This document shows, piece by piece, positions 24,431-36,324 of a stretch of 64,000 bases of DNA. Position numbers and translations under genes: made by a program. Position 1 is the stretch's first letter. Each line of letters opens with the position of its first letter. Under the pieces are notes generated by a model, which was not told the origin of the DNA, did not search any database, and was given only the letters and a program-made list of their open reading frames with translations. Source of the DNA: Chiloscyllium plagiosum (Eukaryota); the NCBI RefSeq assembly GCF_004010195.1, contig NC_057749.1:8185451-8249450 (forward strand), read 5' to 3'.

Positions 24431-25249
24431 ATGTAAATGGTGAGCCTTTGTTCCATTCCCTCAATGGCAAAAATATTTTTCCAAAGTTAAGGAGGCTAAA
24501 ACTGTAAACAGTATTTCAGGTGCAGTCTCGTCAAACTCTGATGCAATTGAAACAATTGAAACATAGCCCCCACTTCCCACACCACACCTCTCCAATCCCC
24601 ATATCCACCATCTTTAGAACGAAAACTAAGACAAATTGTCACTTGAATTGGAATTTGTTGAACACCGAGCAACATCTTGTCTTTTGATGGATGGATTTCC
24701 ACTTTTGAAAATATGGAGAATCCAGTCTTTAACGTTCAACACAAGCTTTGGGAAAAATAAACTTTGTCATTTGTTATTCACTCCTGAGAGGTTGGTGCTG
24801 CTGGCTAGACCAGCATTTATTGTCCATGCCTAATTGCCCTTGAAGAAGGTAGTGTTGAGCTGTCTTCTCGAACTGCTGCAGGTTGACCCACAATGTCATT
24901 CGGGAAGGAATTCCAGGATTTTAATCCAATGACAATGAAGCAATGATAACAATATATTTCTAAGTCAGGATGGTGAGCAGTGGTTTTGCAGTTTGTTGCT
25001 CATATCTGTATAAACCTGACTTGATTCCTAGTTGACTTGTTTCTAAGAATAGCTTAGTCAATAACATACCCTCTTTATGAGACGAGTCTAGATCTTCCTG
25101 AACGCAAGATGAATAAAAGTAACAAGAAATTTCACTGCTTCAGGTCCAGAAAAAGGCACAAGCAATCAAGCAAGGCTAGGATACTTAACGACCATCCAAG
25201 AAATGAAACCTTGGACGCTGCCATCTATCTGACATTCCTGAGTCCATCA

Positions 25250-25800
25250 GGAACATAGAAACACAGGAGAAGGAGGAGGCCATTCAGCTCCTTAATCCTT
25301 CTCCACCATTCTAGACCATGGCTGATCATCTCCCAAAATGTCATGCTCCTGCATTATCACTGTGTCACTTGATGTCATTCGTGACTAGAAATCTATCAAT
25401 CACTGGGGAAGAGAACTCCAATGATTCAGCACCTACCAAGCAAAGAGGATTCTCCCCATCCCTATCCTAAATGGCCTGCCACTGATTCTGAGGCTGTGTC
25501 CCCTGTTGCTCAACTCCTTAACCAGGGAAGTCATCCTTTCTGCACCCGATCTGTCCATCCCTTTCAGAGTTTGCACCTTTCAATGAGATCACTTCTCATC
25601 CTTCTAAACTTCAAAAACAAAACAGATCCGGTCTCCTCAAACTCTCATTTTTGGACCATCCTACCACCCCAGGAATCAATCTCATGAACGACTGCTACAT
25701 TCCTGTTGTGACATGTATATTTTTCCTGAGTCAAGGGGACCAGAACTGCACACAATACTCCATGTGTCATCTCACGGGTGTCCTCTACAATTGAAGCAAG
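25250..25800 (-). mobile_element. CR1 LINE 3' fragment
   Basis: Collinear with 32910-33450. Confidence 0.8.
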
Positions 25801-25804
25801 GCTG

Positions 25805-26445
25805 CTATTATTGGCAGGCAATTGCCCTTAGTATTATCGCTAAAATATTAATCCAGAGACCTAGGTGTGTTCAGGGTTCAAATTCCACCATGGCAGATCA
25901 TAAAATCCCTATCATGCAGAAAGAGTCCATTTGGCCCAATGATTCTGGGCCAACCCTCCGAAGAATATCTCACCCAGACTTAGACCCTATGCTATCACTG
26001 TGACCTCACAATTACCATGACTAACCCACCCAGCCTGCACATCCCTGAACAATATGGGGCAATTTAGTATGGCCAATCCACCTAACATACACATCGTTGG
26101 ACTGTGGGAGGAAACTGGAGCACATGCAGACATGGGGAGAATGTGCAAACTCCACACAGACAGTCACTCTAGAGTGGAATCGAATCCAGGTGCTGTGAAC
26201 CAGCAGAGCTGACCAATGAGCCACCATGCTGCCTACACTGGTGGAAATAAGAGTTTAATGAAAAGCATGAAACCAATGTCAATTGTTGAGAAAACTCCAT
26301 CTGGTTCACTAATTCCCTTTGGGAAGGAAACTGCTGTCCTTACATGATCTGGTCTACATGTGACTCTGGTCACATAGCAATGTGATTCACTCTTAACTGC
26401 CATCTGGGCAATAAATGCCGGGCTCACACTCGGTCAGTGAATAAA
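25805..26445 (+). mobile_element. SINE-B interrupted by a minus-strand HE1-like SINE (about 25898-26232)
   Basis: Head ...gggttcaaattccaccatggcaga; the body resumes at tggtggaaataagag...gggcaataaatgc. Confidence 0.75.
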
Positions 26446-26627
26446 ACAAGCATTTTGTTCGTGTATTCAACTCCTCTTACAATAAAGGTTAATATATCAT
26501 TGGCTTTCTGAATTGCTTATAAGTAAAGGTGTCAATTTGCTCATCTTAAATGCATTGATATCTCAACCAAATTAGTGTAAAGAAAGTAAAGGGACACATT
26601 TGTCAGGTAATATTATTGACCGCAAGA

Positions 26628-26825
26628 GGGGAGTAGCTTAGATGACAAGTGCAAGGTGCAGAATAATACCACCAGCTTGGGTTCGATTCCCCTATCAGCT
26701 GTGGTTGATGAAGGAAGACATACCTCATTTCCTTACCCCATTCTTGTGCAGTGGTTACCTTTCAGCCATATGTCATCAATTGCTTCTCTCTAATGGAGAA
26801 AAGTTGCCTTTGGTCCTTTGTGGAC
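26628..26825 (+). mobile_element. Old tRNA-derived SINE of another family
   Basis: tagcttagatg A-box-like and gggttcgattcccc B-box-like head. Confidence 0.45.
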
Positions 26826-27538
26826 CAAGATTCATTACATTATATTAAATATGGTACTTGCGCACAGGATGTGAAGGGAGCATGGACAGCACAGGAGTCT
26901 GAAAGGGTTGAATGGCCTTTACCTGCTCCTAATAACAGGATCATGGTTATAATGACTGCAATACAGTGAACCTGTGTAAGTTATATTATTGACATGATGC
27001 ACTTGGAAGTGAATTTGAGATGTTATTGTACAATCTGGGCACCTCATTCAACAAAATTGACTTTATTAAAGCTTGCTGGACCACCAGTGGTTCATGAATA
27101 CTCATAGGCTAATAGACTCATCAGGAAACCTGCCCAGAGAAAGTCTATCAATTGACTATTTTAATTGAGCTAATCCTATTGATTCAACATGACCAGATTG
27201 GTCATGAGTAGTTTTTAGATACTTATGGATTTTTTCTTTTAAGATCAAGAAAAGTCCATTCATTTCTGATCTGAGAGTCATAGAATACCAATAGAATAAT
27301 TGCTTTGGTTCTTGACAAAGACCTCAGCAGGAAAGTAACATTTACTGTCCAAACTGTATTTTTTTTTTACTCATTGGTTGTGGGCATCACTGGCTGAGCC
27401 AGGGTTTATTGCCCATGCCCAAGTGGCCTATTCAGTGATTTACTAGAGCCATTTCGAAGGGCTAGCTACATAGCTACGGGTGCAGAATCATATCAGGTCA
27501 GGCTGGATAAGGGTGTACTGAAATACAGTGAAAAGTAT

Positions 27539-27723
27539 CAAATAAAAACTGAGAGAACTTGTGGATGCTGTAAATCAGAAGCAAAAACAGAAATTGCTGG
27601 AAAAGCTCAGCAGGTCTGGCAGCTTCTGTGGAGGGGACACTGGACCTGAAATATTAACTCTGATTTCTCTCCACAGAAGCTGCCAGACCTGCTGAGCTTT
27701 TCCAGCAATTGCTGTTTTTGTGT
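27539..27723 (-). mobile_element. Palindromic PLE derivative (family C) inserted in a Rex/Babar 3' UTR
   Basis: Arms aattgctggaaaagctcagcaggtctggcagcttctgtggag and its reverse complement; TSD cagtgaaaa(g/a)tat at 27526-27538 and 27724-27736. Confidence 0.85.
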
Positions 27724-28837
27724 CAGTGAAAAATATTGTTTTGCTTCCTATCCAGACAAATCATACCTTACATTAGTGAGGTTGGGTATTAGAACAGAAT
27801 GCGGAATATAGTGTTACTGCGACAGAAGAAGGTGCAGAGAAAGATCAGCTCTAACATATGAGAGGTCCATCCATGAGTCTGATAGCCATGGGGGAAAAAA
27901 ATTGTTCTTGAATCTCTTGGTCACATAGGACTCAAATACCTGAGGAGGATTGTGTTCCCAGAGTTTGGAGGAAGACATCTGTCCTGCCAAGTACAACGGC
28001 ATGTTGATAGTTGGTTTTGTGAGCATGTGTGCCCTGTTTTCAGCACCCATGAACATACAGCAGGATGGGGCACTGGTAAGTATTCACAACAGGCTAATGA
28101 ATGGAAAAAGGCTCTCAATCATGAAGCTTAGGGAGGCTCACCCACCTGAAAGGTTCTGAGAAATTAATAGTGAAATTTTAACCCGATGTTGGGGTCATTT
28201 ATATTTTTCCTTTCTGCCCAACCATATTCCCCCACCCTTTGTAATCTCCGAGCGAGTCTTGAAAATTCCGCCCTCTGCTATTGTGAGGTGTTTACATCTT
28301 AATCTCCATAACTCTAGATAATGTACTTGCTTGCAATCCAGGGATTAGACCCACAACTGTTGCCAGATGGTGCCTTTTCACTATAGTCTAGAAATGTGGT
28401 TAAAAATACATCAAACACCCACCTGAGCTCAGAAATCAGATGTTAAGAAAATCTGCTATTTAGACTAGACACTGAGGTAATCAAGTATTGAAATAACTTT
28501 GTATTTTCTTACTTTGAAGATTAGATATTACACTTCCTGTCCAAAATAGGTAACTGAAGTCTATACATTATTAATGGTTGGTTACTATTCTAATGAATTC
28601 CTGTTTCTATTGTGTCACACGAAATTATACCAACTCTGTTTTTCTTTATACTTCCATGGGATGTGGGCATCATTGGCAATAATCAGAATTGGTTTCCTAT
28701 CCCTAATGGCCCTTGAACTGAGTGGCTGGCTAAGGAAATTCCAGGGGACAGTTAAAAATTGACCACGTTGCTATGGGACCTGCAGATACATGTCGGTCAG
28801 ACCAGGTAAGCACAGCAGATCTCCTTCTCTAGAGAAT

Positions 28838-29187
28838 AGTTCATAAAATCCCTGCAATGTGGAAGCAGACCATTCAGCCCATCGAGTCCACACCAACCCT
28901 CCAAAGAACATGTTACCTCCCCCTCCCCTCTCCCTATAACTCTGCCTTTCCCATGGCTAATCCACCTAGCCTACACACCTCTGGACACTGCAGATAATTT
29001 CCAATGGCCAATTCACCCAACCTGCACATCTTTGGGCTGTAGGAGGAAACCGGAGTACCCAGAGAAAACCCACACAAACAGGGGGAGAATGCGCAAATGT
29101 CACACAGACAGTCGCCTGAGGGTGGGCTCAAACCTGGGCCCCTAGCGGTGTGAGGCAGCAGTGCGAACCACTGAGCCACCATGTTGC
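28838..29187 (-). mobile_element. HE1-like SINE, full length
   Basis: Reverse complement has head, body and tail. Confidence 0.88.
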
Positions 29188-29627
29188 CATGGTCATAATT
29201 ACTGAGACTACTATAATGTTCCAGATTTTAAAAGTTAATCTGATTTAAGTTTCACCAGCTGCCATGTGGAGGTCAAATCAATGAGGTGTGATAGCTGAAA
29301 CTCTACTACAAATGCATTTTCCAGACAAGTTTTTGTTAGAAATTTAAAAATCTTGATTGAATTTCAATGATAAAATTCTTATGCCAGAATTACAGTTGCC
29401 AAGTTAGAACAAGATCCAGAAGCAACTTCTTACTGGGAAAAGCAAGAAGCACTAAGTTCCAAACTGGACTGAAATTTCTCCTTTAACCTTTAACATTATG
29501 TTGAGGTTATACAGGACATTGATGAGACACCTTCTGGAATACTGTGTCCAGTTCTGGTCTCCCTGTTATAGAAAGGGTATTATTAAACTGGAGAGGGTTC
29601 AGAAGAGTTATACCAGGATGTTACCGG

Positions 29628-30140
29628 TGTTATGGACTTGGCCAGACCACTCAAAACATTCTTATGCAGGCAGCCCAGACCATATCTTTTCAATTTGTTT
29701 CGGTAAGTGTACAGTGCAAATTACCCGGTGTGAGTTAGCAAGGTTGGCTACCAGGTTTTAAAACAGACAAAAGTTTGTTCACAAAATTACACAATGAAAC
29801 ACAAAGAACAGAAGAAAGAACCCCTGCTTATCCAAACTAGACTGAATTATGCTGTTCTGTATATGCACAATAGTCCCAATAAGCAAACTCCCGTTAAAAC
29901 CCAGTATAGATGGAACACATGCTTACAGGTTGAAATTGAAGGGCAGAGAGAGAGACACACAATAACAGACAGACAGAGAGACACAGAGACAGACAGAGAG
30001 ACAGACAGAGAGAGTTTCCACACAGCTCAATGTTGAACTCCTTATCAGTTCAGACTGAACTAAACTGCTCAGCTAGAGGGCTGATCACTCCCCTTTCATT
30101 ATACAGGTCACTTTGAAAACATGACCACTTTGGCCTGAGT
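29628..30140 (-). mobile_element. Truncated LTR related to the solo LTR at 44278; follows a CR1 fragment (29497-29627)
   Basis: Starts tgttatggac..ggccaga....ctcaaaaca like 44278 and is collinear with it; cut off by the PLE. Confidence 0.65.
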
Positions 30141-30146
30141 CAACTA

Positions 30147-32620
30147 GGAGAAAGTGAGGACTGCAGATATTGGAGATCAGAGTCAAGAGTGTGTTGCTGG
30201 GAAAGCACAGCAGGTTAGGCAGCGTCCGAGAAGCAGGGGAATCGATGCTTCAGGCATAAGCCCTTCATCAGGAATGAGGCTTGTGGGCCATGGCTGAGAG
30301 ATAAATAAGAGGGGGTGTGGGGGGAGGCTGGGGAGGAAAGTAGCTGAGAAAGCGATAGGTGGATGAAGGCGAGGAAGAAGGTGATAGATCAGGGGGGAGT
30401 GATGGTCAGGTCCAGAGGGTGCCAGTTGGAGTCTTGGGCCTGGAATAATGTGGGGAGAGGGGAAATGAGGAAGCTGTTGAAATCCACATTTATCTCATGT
30501 AGTTGCAGAGTCCCAAAGCAGAATATCAGGTGTTCTTCCTCCAGGCGTCTGGTTGTGACGGTTTGCCAGTGGAGGAGGCCCAGGACCTGCATGTCCTTGA
30601 TGGAGTGGGAAGGGGAGTTGAAGTGTTCAGCCATGGGGTGGTGGGGTTGGTGTGTGCGGGTGTCCCAGAGACGTTCTCTGAAATGATCAGCAAGAAGGCG
30701 TCCTGTCTCCCCGATGTAGAGGAGACAACATCGGGTGCAATGGATGCAGTAGATGACGTTGGTAGAGGTACAGGTAAATTTCTGACAGATGTGGAAGGAT
30801 CACTTGGGGGATTGGATGGAGATGAGGGGGGAGGTGTGGGTGCAGGGTTTGCACTTCCTGTGATGGCAGGGAAAGGTGTCAGGAGTGGGGTATGGTCTGG
30901 TGGGGGGCATGGACCTGAGAAGGGAGTCGCAGAGGAAATGGTTTCTCTGGAACGCTGATAGGGGTACGGACAGAAATATATCTTTGGTGGTGGGGTCCAT
31001 TTGGAGGTGGCAGAAGTGATGGAGGATGATGCAATGTATGCGGAGGTTGGTGGAATAGAAGGTGAGGACCAGGGGTGTTCTATCCTTGTTGCATTGGGAG
31101 GGGTGGGTTTCAAGGGTGGTGATGCAGGAAGTGGAGGAGATGCGCTGGAGGGCATTGTCAACCATGTGGGAAGGGAAGTTGTGATCATGGAAGAAGGAGG
31201 CCATCTGGGACTTACTGAGGTGGAATTGGTCATCCTGGAAACAGATGCAGTGGAGGTGGAGGAATTGGGAAAAAGGGATGGCATTTTTACAAGAGGTAGG
31301 GTGGGAGGAGGTGTAGTCTAGGGCTGTGGGCTGTGGGTTTGTAGTAGATGTCTGTGGCTAGCCAGTCGCCGGAGTCGGTGATGGAGAGGTCCAGGAAGGA
31401 GAGGGAGTAGTCCGAGATGGTCCAGGTGAAACTGAGGTCAGGGTGAAAGGTGTTTGCGATGTTGATGAACTGTTCAAGCTTCTCGTGGGAGCACAAGGTG
31501 GCGTCAATACAGTCATTGATGTAGTGGAGGAACAGGTGGGGGGTGGTGCCGGTGTAACTGCGGAAGATGGACTGTTCCACATACCCGACAAAGAGGCAAG
31601 CATAGCTGGGTCCCATGTGGGTGCCCATGGCTACTCCTTTGGTTTGGAGGAAGTGGGAGGATTGGAAAGAGAATACGTTCAGGGTGAGGACCAGTTCAAC
31701 CAGGCGGATGAGGGTGTCAGTGGAAGGGTATTGGTTGGGACCGCGTGAGAGGAAGAGATGGAGGGCTTGAGACCTTCATCATGGCAGATCAATGTGTGTA
31801 GGGACTGGATGTCAATGGTGAAGATGAGGCATTAGGGACCGGGGAACGAAAGTCTTGAAGGAGGTGAAGGGCACGGGTGGAGTCACGAACGTAGGTGGGG
31901 AGTTCCTGGACTAAGGGGGACAGGACGGTGTCAAGATAGGAAGAAATGCATTCAGTGGGACAGATGCAGGCTGAGAGAATGGATCGACCGAGGCAGTCAG
32001 GTTTGTGAATCTTCAGTAGTAGGTAGAATCGGACAGTACAGGGTTCACAGACAATGAAGTTGGAGGCTGCGGGTGGGCAATCCCCAGAGGTGATGAGGTT
32101 GTGGATGGTCTGGAAGATGATAGTTTCCTGATGGGAGGCGAGGTCGTGATCAAGGGGGCAATAGAAGGAGGTCATTGCGCCACACTACTACTGCAACCCC
32201 CTTGTCTACGGGTTTGATGGCGAGGTTGGGGTTGGAGTGGAGGGAGTGGAGGCCTGCACACTGTGAGGACGAGAGGTTGAGGGGGGTGGACAGGTTGAGG
32301 CAGCCGATGTCACAGTGGCAGTTAGAAATGAAGAGGTCAAGGGCGGGTAACAGGCCAGCACTGGGTGTCTAGGTAGATAGGGTGTGTTGGAGGCGGGAGA
32401 AGGGGTCCTTGGTGGGTGGACGGGTGTCCTGGTTGAAAACGTGGGCCCTGAGGTGGAGGCAGTGGAAGAAACATTCAAGCTCGCAGCGTGTGTCAAACCC
32501 ATTAATCTGGGAGCATAGAAGGGTAAAGGTGAGGCCTTTGCTGAGGACTAAAAATTTGTCCTCAGTGAGGGGGAGGTCTGGGGAATGGTGATCACTCGGC
32601 AGCAATGGGAGCTATGACCT
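30147..32620 (-). pseudogene. Penelope-like retroelement relic: RT, Cys-rich linker, GIY-YIG endonuclease, 3' UTR with hammerhead
   Basis: RFYLLLKIHKPD..GRSILS, MGTHMGPSYACLFVGYVE, FLHYINDCI, LSFLDLSI, PCHHRKCKPC, LLYIGETGR, AEHFNSPSHSIKDM..RRLEEEHLIFCFGTLQ; many frameshifts; hammerhead-like motif at 30241-30274. Confidence 0.92.
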
Positions 32621-32909
32621 GGAGTGGGACTGAAGCTGGAGGTGGTGGTGGAGACAGTCACTTGAATGAACGTGATTATAGGGTCAAGAGTGACATCACC
32701 AACAGAAGTGACGCTCATAAAGGGGGCGGAAGTGGGGCTTATAGCTGTGTCCACATGGGCGGAAGTGACGTCACGAGCAATGCGGCCGATGTTCTGGTTA
32801 GGTTCTCAGCGGGTAAAATCACTGGTGGCAGAAGTGACGTCGGTGATATCGGCTTCCGTTCCTTGGTGAATGGTGCCCTTTGGGGCAGAAATGGCTGCCG
32901 CGGCAGCAC

Positions 32910-33937
32910 CACCATTCATTATGATCATGACTGATCATCCTCAATCAGTATCCTGTTCCTGCCTTATCCCCATAACCCTTGATTCCACTATCCTTAAGAG
33001 CTCTATCCAACTCTTTCTTGAAAGTATCAAGAGACTTAGCCTCCACAGCCTTCTGGGGCAGAGAATTCCACACACCCACCACTCTCTGGTGACGAAGTTT
33101 CTCCTCATCTCTGTCCTAAATGGCCTACCCCTTATTTTTAAACTGTGTCCTCTGGTTCGGCACTCACCCATCAGCGGAAACATGCTTCCTGCCTCCAGAG
33201 TGTCCAATCCTTTCATAATCTTATACGTCTCAATCAGATCCCCTCTCATCCTTCTAAACTCAAGGGTATACAAGCCCAGTCGCTCCAATCTTTCAATGTA
33301 AGATAGTCTCGCCATTCCGGGAATTGACTTCGTGAACCTGCGCTACACTCCCTCAATAGCCAGAATGTCTTTCCTCAAATTTGGAGACCAAAACTGCACA
33401 TAATATTCCAGGTGTGGTCTCACCAGGGCCCTGTACAGCTGCAGAAGAACCTCTTTGCTTCTATACTCAATTCCTCTTGTTTTGAAGGCCAGCACGCTAT
33501 TAGCTTTCTTCACTGCCTGCTGTACCTGCATGCTTGCTTTCATTGACTGATGTACAAGAACACCTAGATCTCGTTGTGCTGTCCCTTTACCTAACTTGAC
33601 TCCATTTAGGTAGTAATCTGCCTTCCTGTTCTTGCCACCAAATTGGATAACCATACATTTATCCACATTAAACTGCATCTGCCATGCATCTGTCCACTCA
33701 CCTAACCTGTCCAGGTCACCCTGTAATCTCCTAACATCCTCCTCACATTTCACCCTGCCACCCAGCTTTGTATCATCAGCAAATTTGCTAATATTACTTT
33801 TAATACCATCATCTATATCATTAATGTATATTGTAAAAAGCTGCGGTCCCAGCACTGATCCCTGCGGTACCCCACTGGTCACCGCCTGCCATTCCGAAAG
33901 GGAGCCATTTATCAATACTCTTTGTTTCCTGTCAGCC
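32910..33937 (-). mobile_element. Young CR1 LINE, RT domain to 3' UTR
   Basis: VTSGVPQGSVLGPQLFTIYINDID..SKFADDTKLGG..WQMQFNVDKC; the frame is nearly intact apart from a stop at 33343 and a late frameshift. Confidence 0.95.
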
Positions 33938-34259
33938 AAGAAAGAGCTGGCTAATGGCATCTGGGCATTTCCAGAGGCCAGGAGAAGGTTCTAGAAGGTT
34001 CAAGGAAATCCGTGTATTGAGGGAAGTACATGTAAGTTTGCTTAACTTGTCTTCTTGTATGTCCAATGTGTTGGAGACAAAATGTTTGTTGAGCGTATGA
34101 ATCCTTGTGAGAATGTAGATACGCAGAGGTCCACTGCAGGTCTGGGAAAGTGTGGTTCTGAGCTGGGGCAGGACTGACTGCAGTTAGAGTAGGTGGCGGC
34201 GCATGGCTGATAACATGGAGCAGTGGCCTGAATTCTCATCTGTTTATATATAAACAAAA

Positions 34260-34603
34260 GGTCTCAAGTCCCACTGTAGGGTCAAGGTAGTGTTATGGTG
34301 CCATATTTCAGGTGAACTGAGACCTACCTGCACTCTCCAATATGTGTTAGTGATCATGTGACATCTTCTCGATAACAAAAGCAGTGATGTTATGTCTGGT
34401 GTACTAGCCAATCCCTCAATAAGCAACACAAGGGCAGATTATATGATCATGATGACATTGTTATGTGTGGGAGCTTGCTGTGCACAAATTTAGCCGCTGT
34501 GGTCTTTACACATGCTATGACCACATTTCAAAAGTGCTAAATTGGCCACCGAGTATGGACATCTTGTGGTCACAAGAGGTGCAATAAAGATGCAGATCTT
34601 TCC
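34260..34603 (+). mobile_element. Deu-domain SINE, old
   Basis: gattatatgatcat...gtgggagcttgctgtgcacaaattt...catttcaaaagt; homologous to 15405-15748. Confidence 0.7.
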
Positions 34604-35087
34604 ATTAGAAGTGCTTTTACATTGCAGCGGTGCTTGAAGGTCCTAACAAATAGAAAAGTTGCTTTTGCACTGGTCAACACAGTGAGTCGGAACAGACTTG
34701 GCCTCTCCTCAATCCAAGGTGGGCCAAGACTGTTGGGATGAACACCTGTCCCTGGTGGCTACAGCTCTCCTACCTGAAATGAAATTAGGGAGTCTCTATC
34801 CAATTCCTATTCAGCTTGTGTCCATAGCACCGAATCATCCACAATTTAATAATAATTTGACTTAGCTGTCGGTCTCTTTCAGAGAGGCCATGAGCTGATG
34901 TGCAAAATAGAAATGCCACAGAGGTTTATTAGTGGAAATGTTTTGAAAACTAAAGTCAACAGAATGTTGAGCTAGAGAAGAACTAAAGGGAATAGTACTT
35001 TGTTTCTGTCATTCGCTCCACATGACCTTGTACCTGGATATGACAACGTTTTATCAAATAATTTACAAACTTATGATATGTACATAC

Positions 35088-35240
35088 CTTCAGATTAATA
35101 TCAAAAAAGTCAATGGACTTTTCACAAATCTACCTACCCAATTCAGTGTGTTGATGTCTGGAGAATGAAAGGCTTATCTCAGATTACTTAGAACCATCCG
35201 CAGACAGATGGACAGAGGCAGCTTTCAGTCCGTGTAAAAC
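35088..35240 (-). other. Candidate non-coding exon
   Basis: Acceptor tgtgtttttttctcatttag and donor AAG/gtatgt; stops in all three frames. Confidence 0.25.
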
Positions 35241-35881
35241 CTAAATGAGAAAAAAACACAACATTACAGACTTAATGAAGCCTTTCAAATCTCAACCTTT
35301 TGCTCATCTCCGATATAATGTGAACAGCATTACATACATCATTAAATTCATTTAAAAAAAATGTTCTACTTCCAAATGTTTCATGCTTGCTTCTGTGCAG
35401 ACTGAATGATGCAGGCCCTGGATAGGGTCATGCTACAGTGCCATACCATTGAAGCATGATGTTTTTATGTATATATTAACTCCTGTAACATGTATCCAAT
35501 GTGACAATATTATTATGTATTCATTCTAAATGTTAATTAACCGCTGGGTTCCACAAATATTAATCAGAATTTAACCTATAAACACTTCCCAACAAATAAA
35601 GACCTGTTAAGCTATGTTGTTTCATTGTAACTGTTGGAACAACATGGGCTCTAGATGATCCACTTGATGACAGTGAGCAAGGCTCTAATGTCTACACTTT
35701 GATGGGCTAGCTTTGTTCTTTTGCTCACATTTTTTCTCCACTCATGTATACAGTGCTTCTATACCTAAGTAGCTATTTCACATGCTCTCCACCACTGTAG
35801 CTTACCAGTTGAATCAGGCCATTTGGTCCAACTGATCCATGATAGTGCTTATACTCATTCTCCAGGCAAATGGTCTTTTTG

Positions 35882-36188
35882 GAATCATTGAAGCCCTACA
35901 GTGTGGAAACAGGCCTTTGGGCCCATCAAGTCCATACCAAGCCTCCAAAGAGCATCCCACATGACAGACTCCCACCCGATCCCTGCAACCCTGCATTGCC
36001 CACGGCTAATCGATATAGCCTGAATATCTTTGGACTGTGGGATGAAACCGGAGACCCAGAGGAAACCCACACAGACACAGAAAGAACATGCAAACACCAC
36101 ACAGACAGTTGCCTGGGGCTGGAATTGTACCCAGGTCTCTGGCGCTGCAAAGCTACATTGCTAACCACAGAGCCATCATGCTAGCCCA
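35882..36188 (-). mobile_element. HE1-like SINE
   Basis: Complete on the minus strand. Confidence 0.88.
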
Positions 36189-36324
36189 CAGGTAGCAGGC
36201 AGCAGGAGAAGATAACACAGCCTGTCAAAACTGCTGCATTATTCAATTCAAAACAAAGGCAGAAATTGCTAGAGAAACTCAGCAGGTTTGGCAGCAACTA
36301 TGGAGCGAAAGCAAAGTTAATGCG

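Noticed and set aside
30526..31284. Longest ORF in the track (252 aa, Pro/Ser/Thr-rich)
   Set aside because: It is an off-frame reading of the C-rich PLE coding strand; the real RT and endonuclease motifs lie in other frames.
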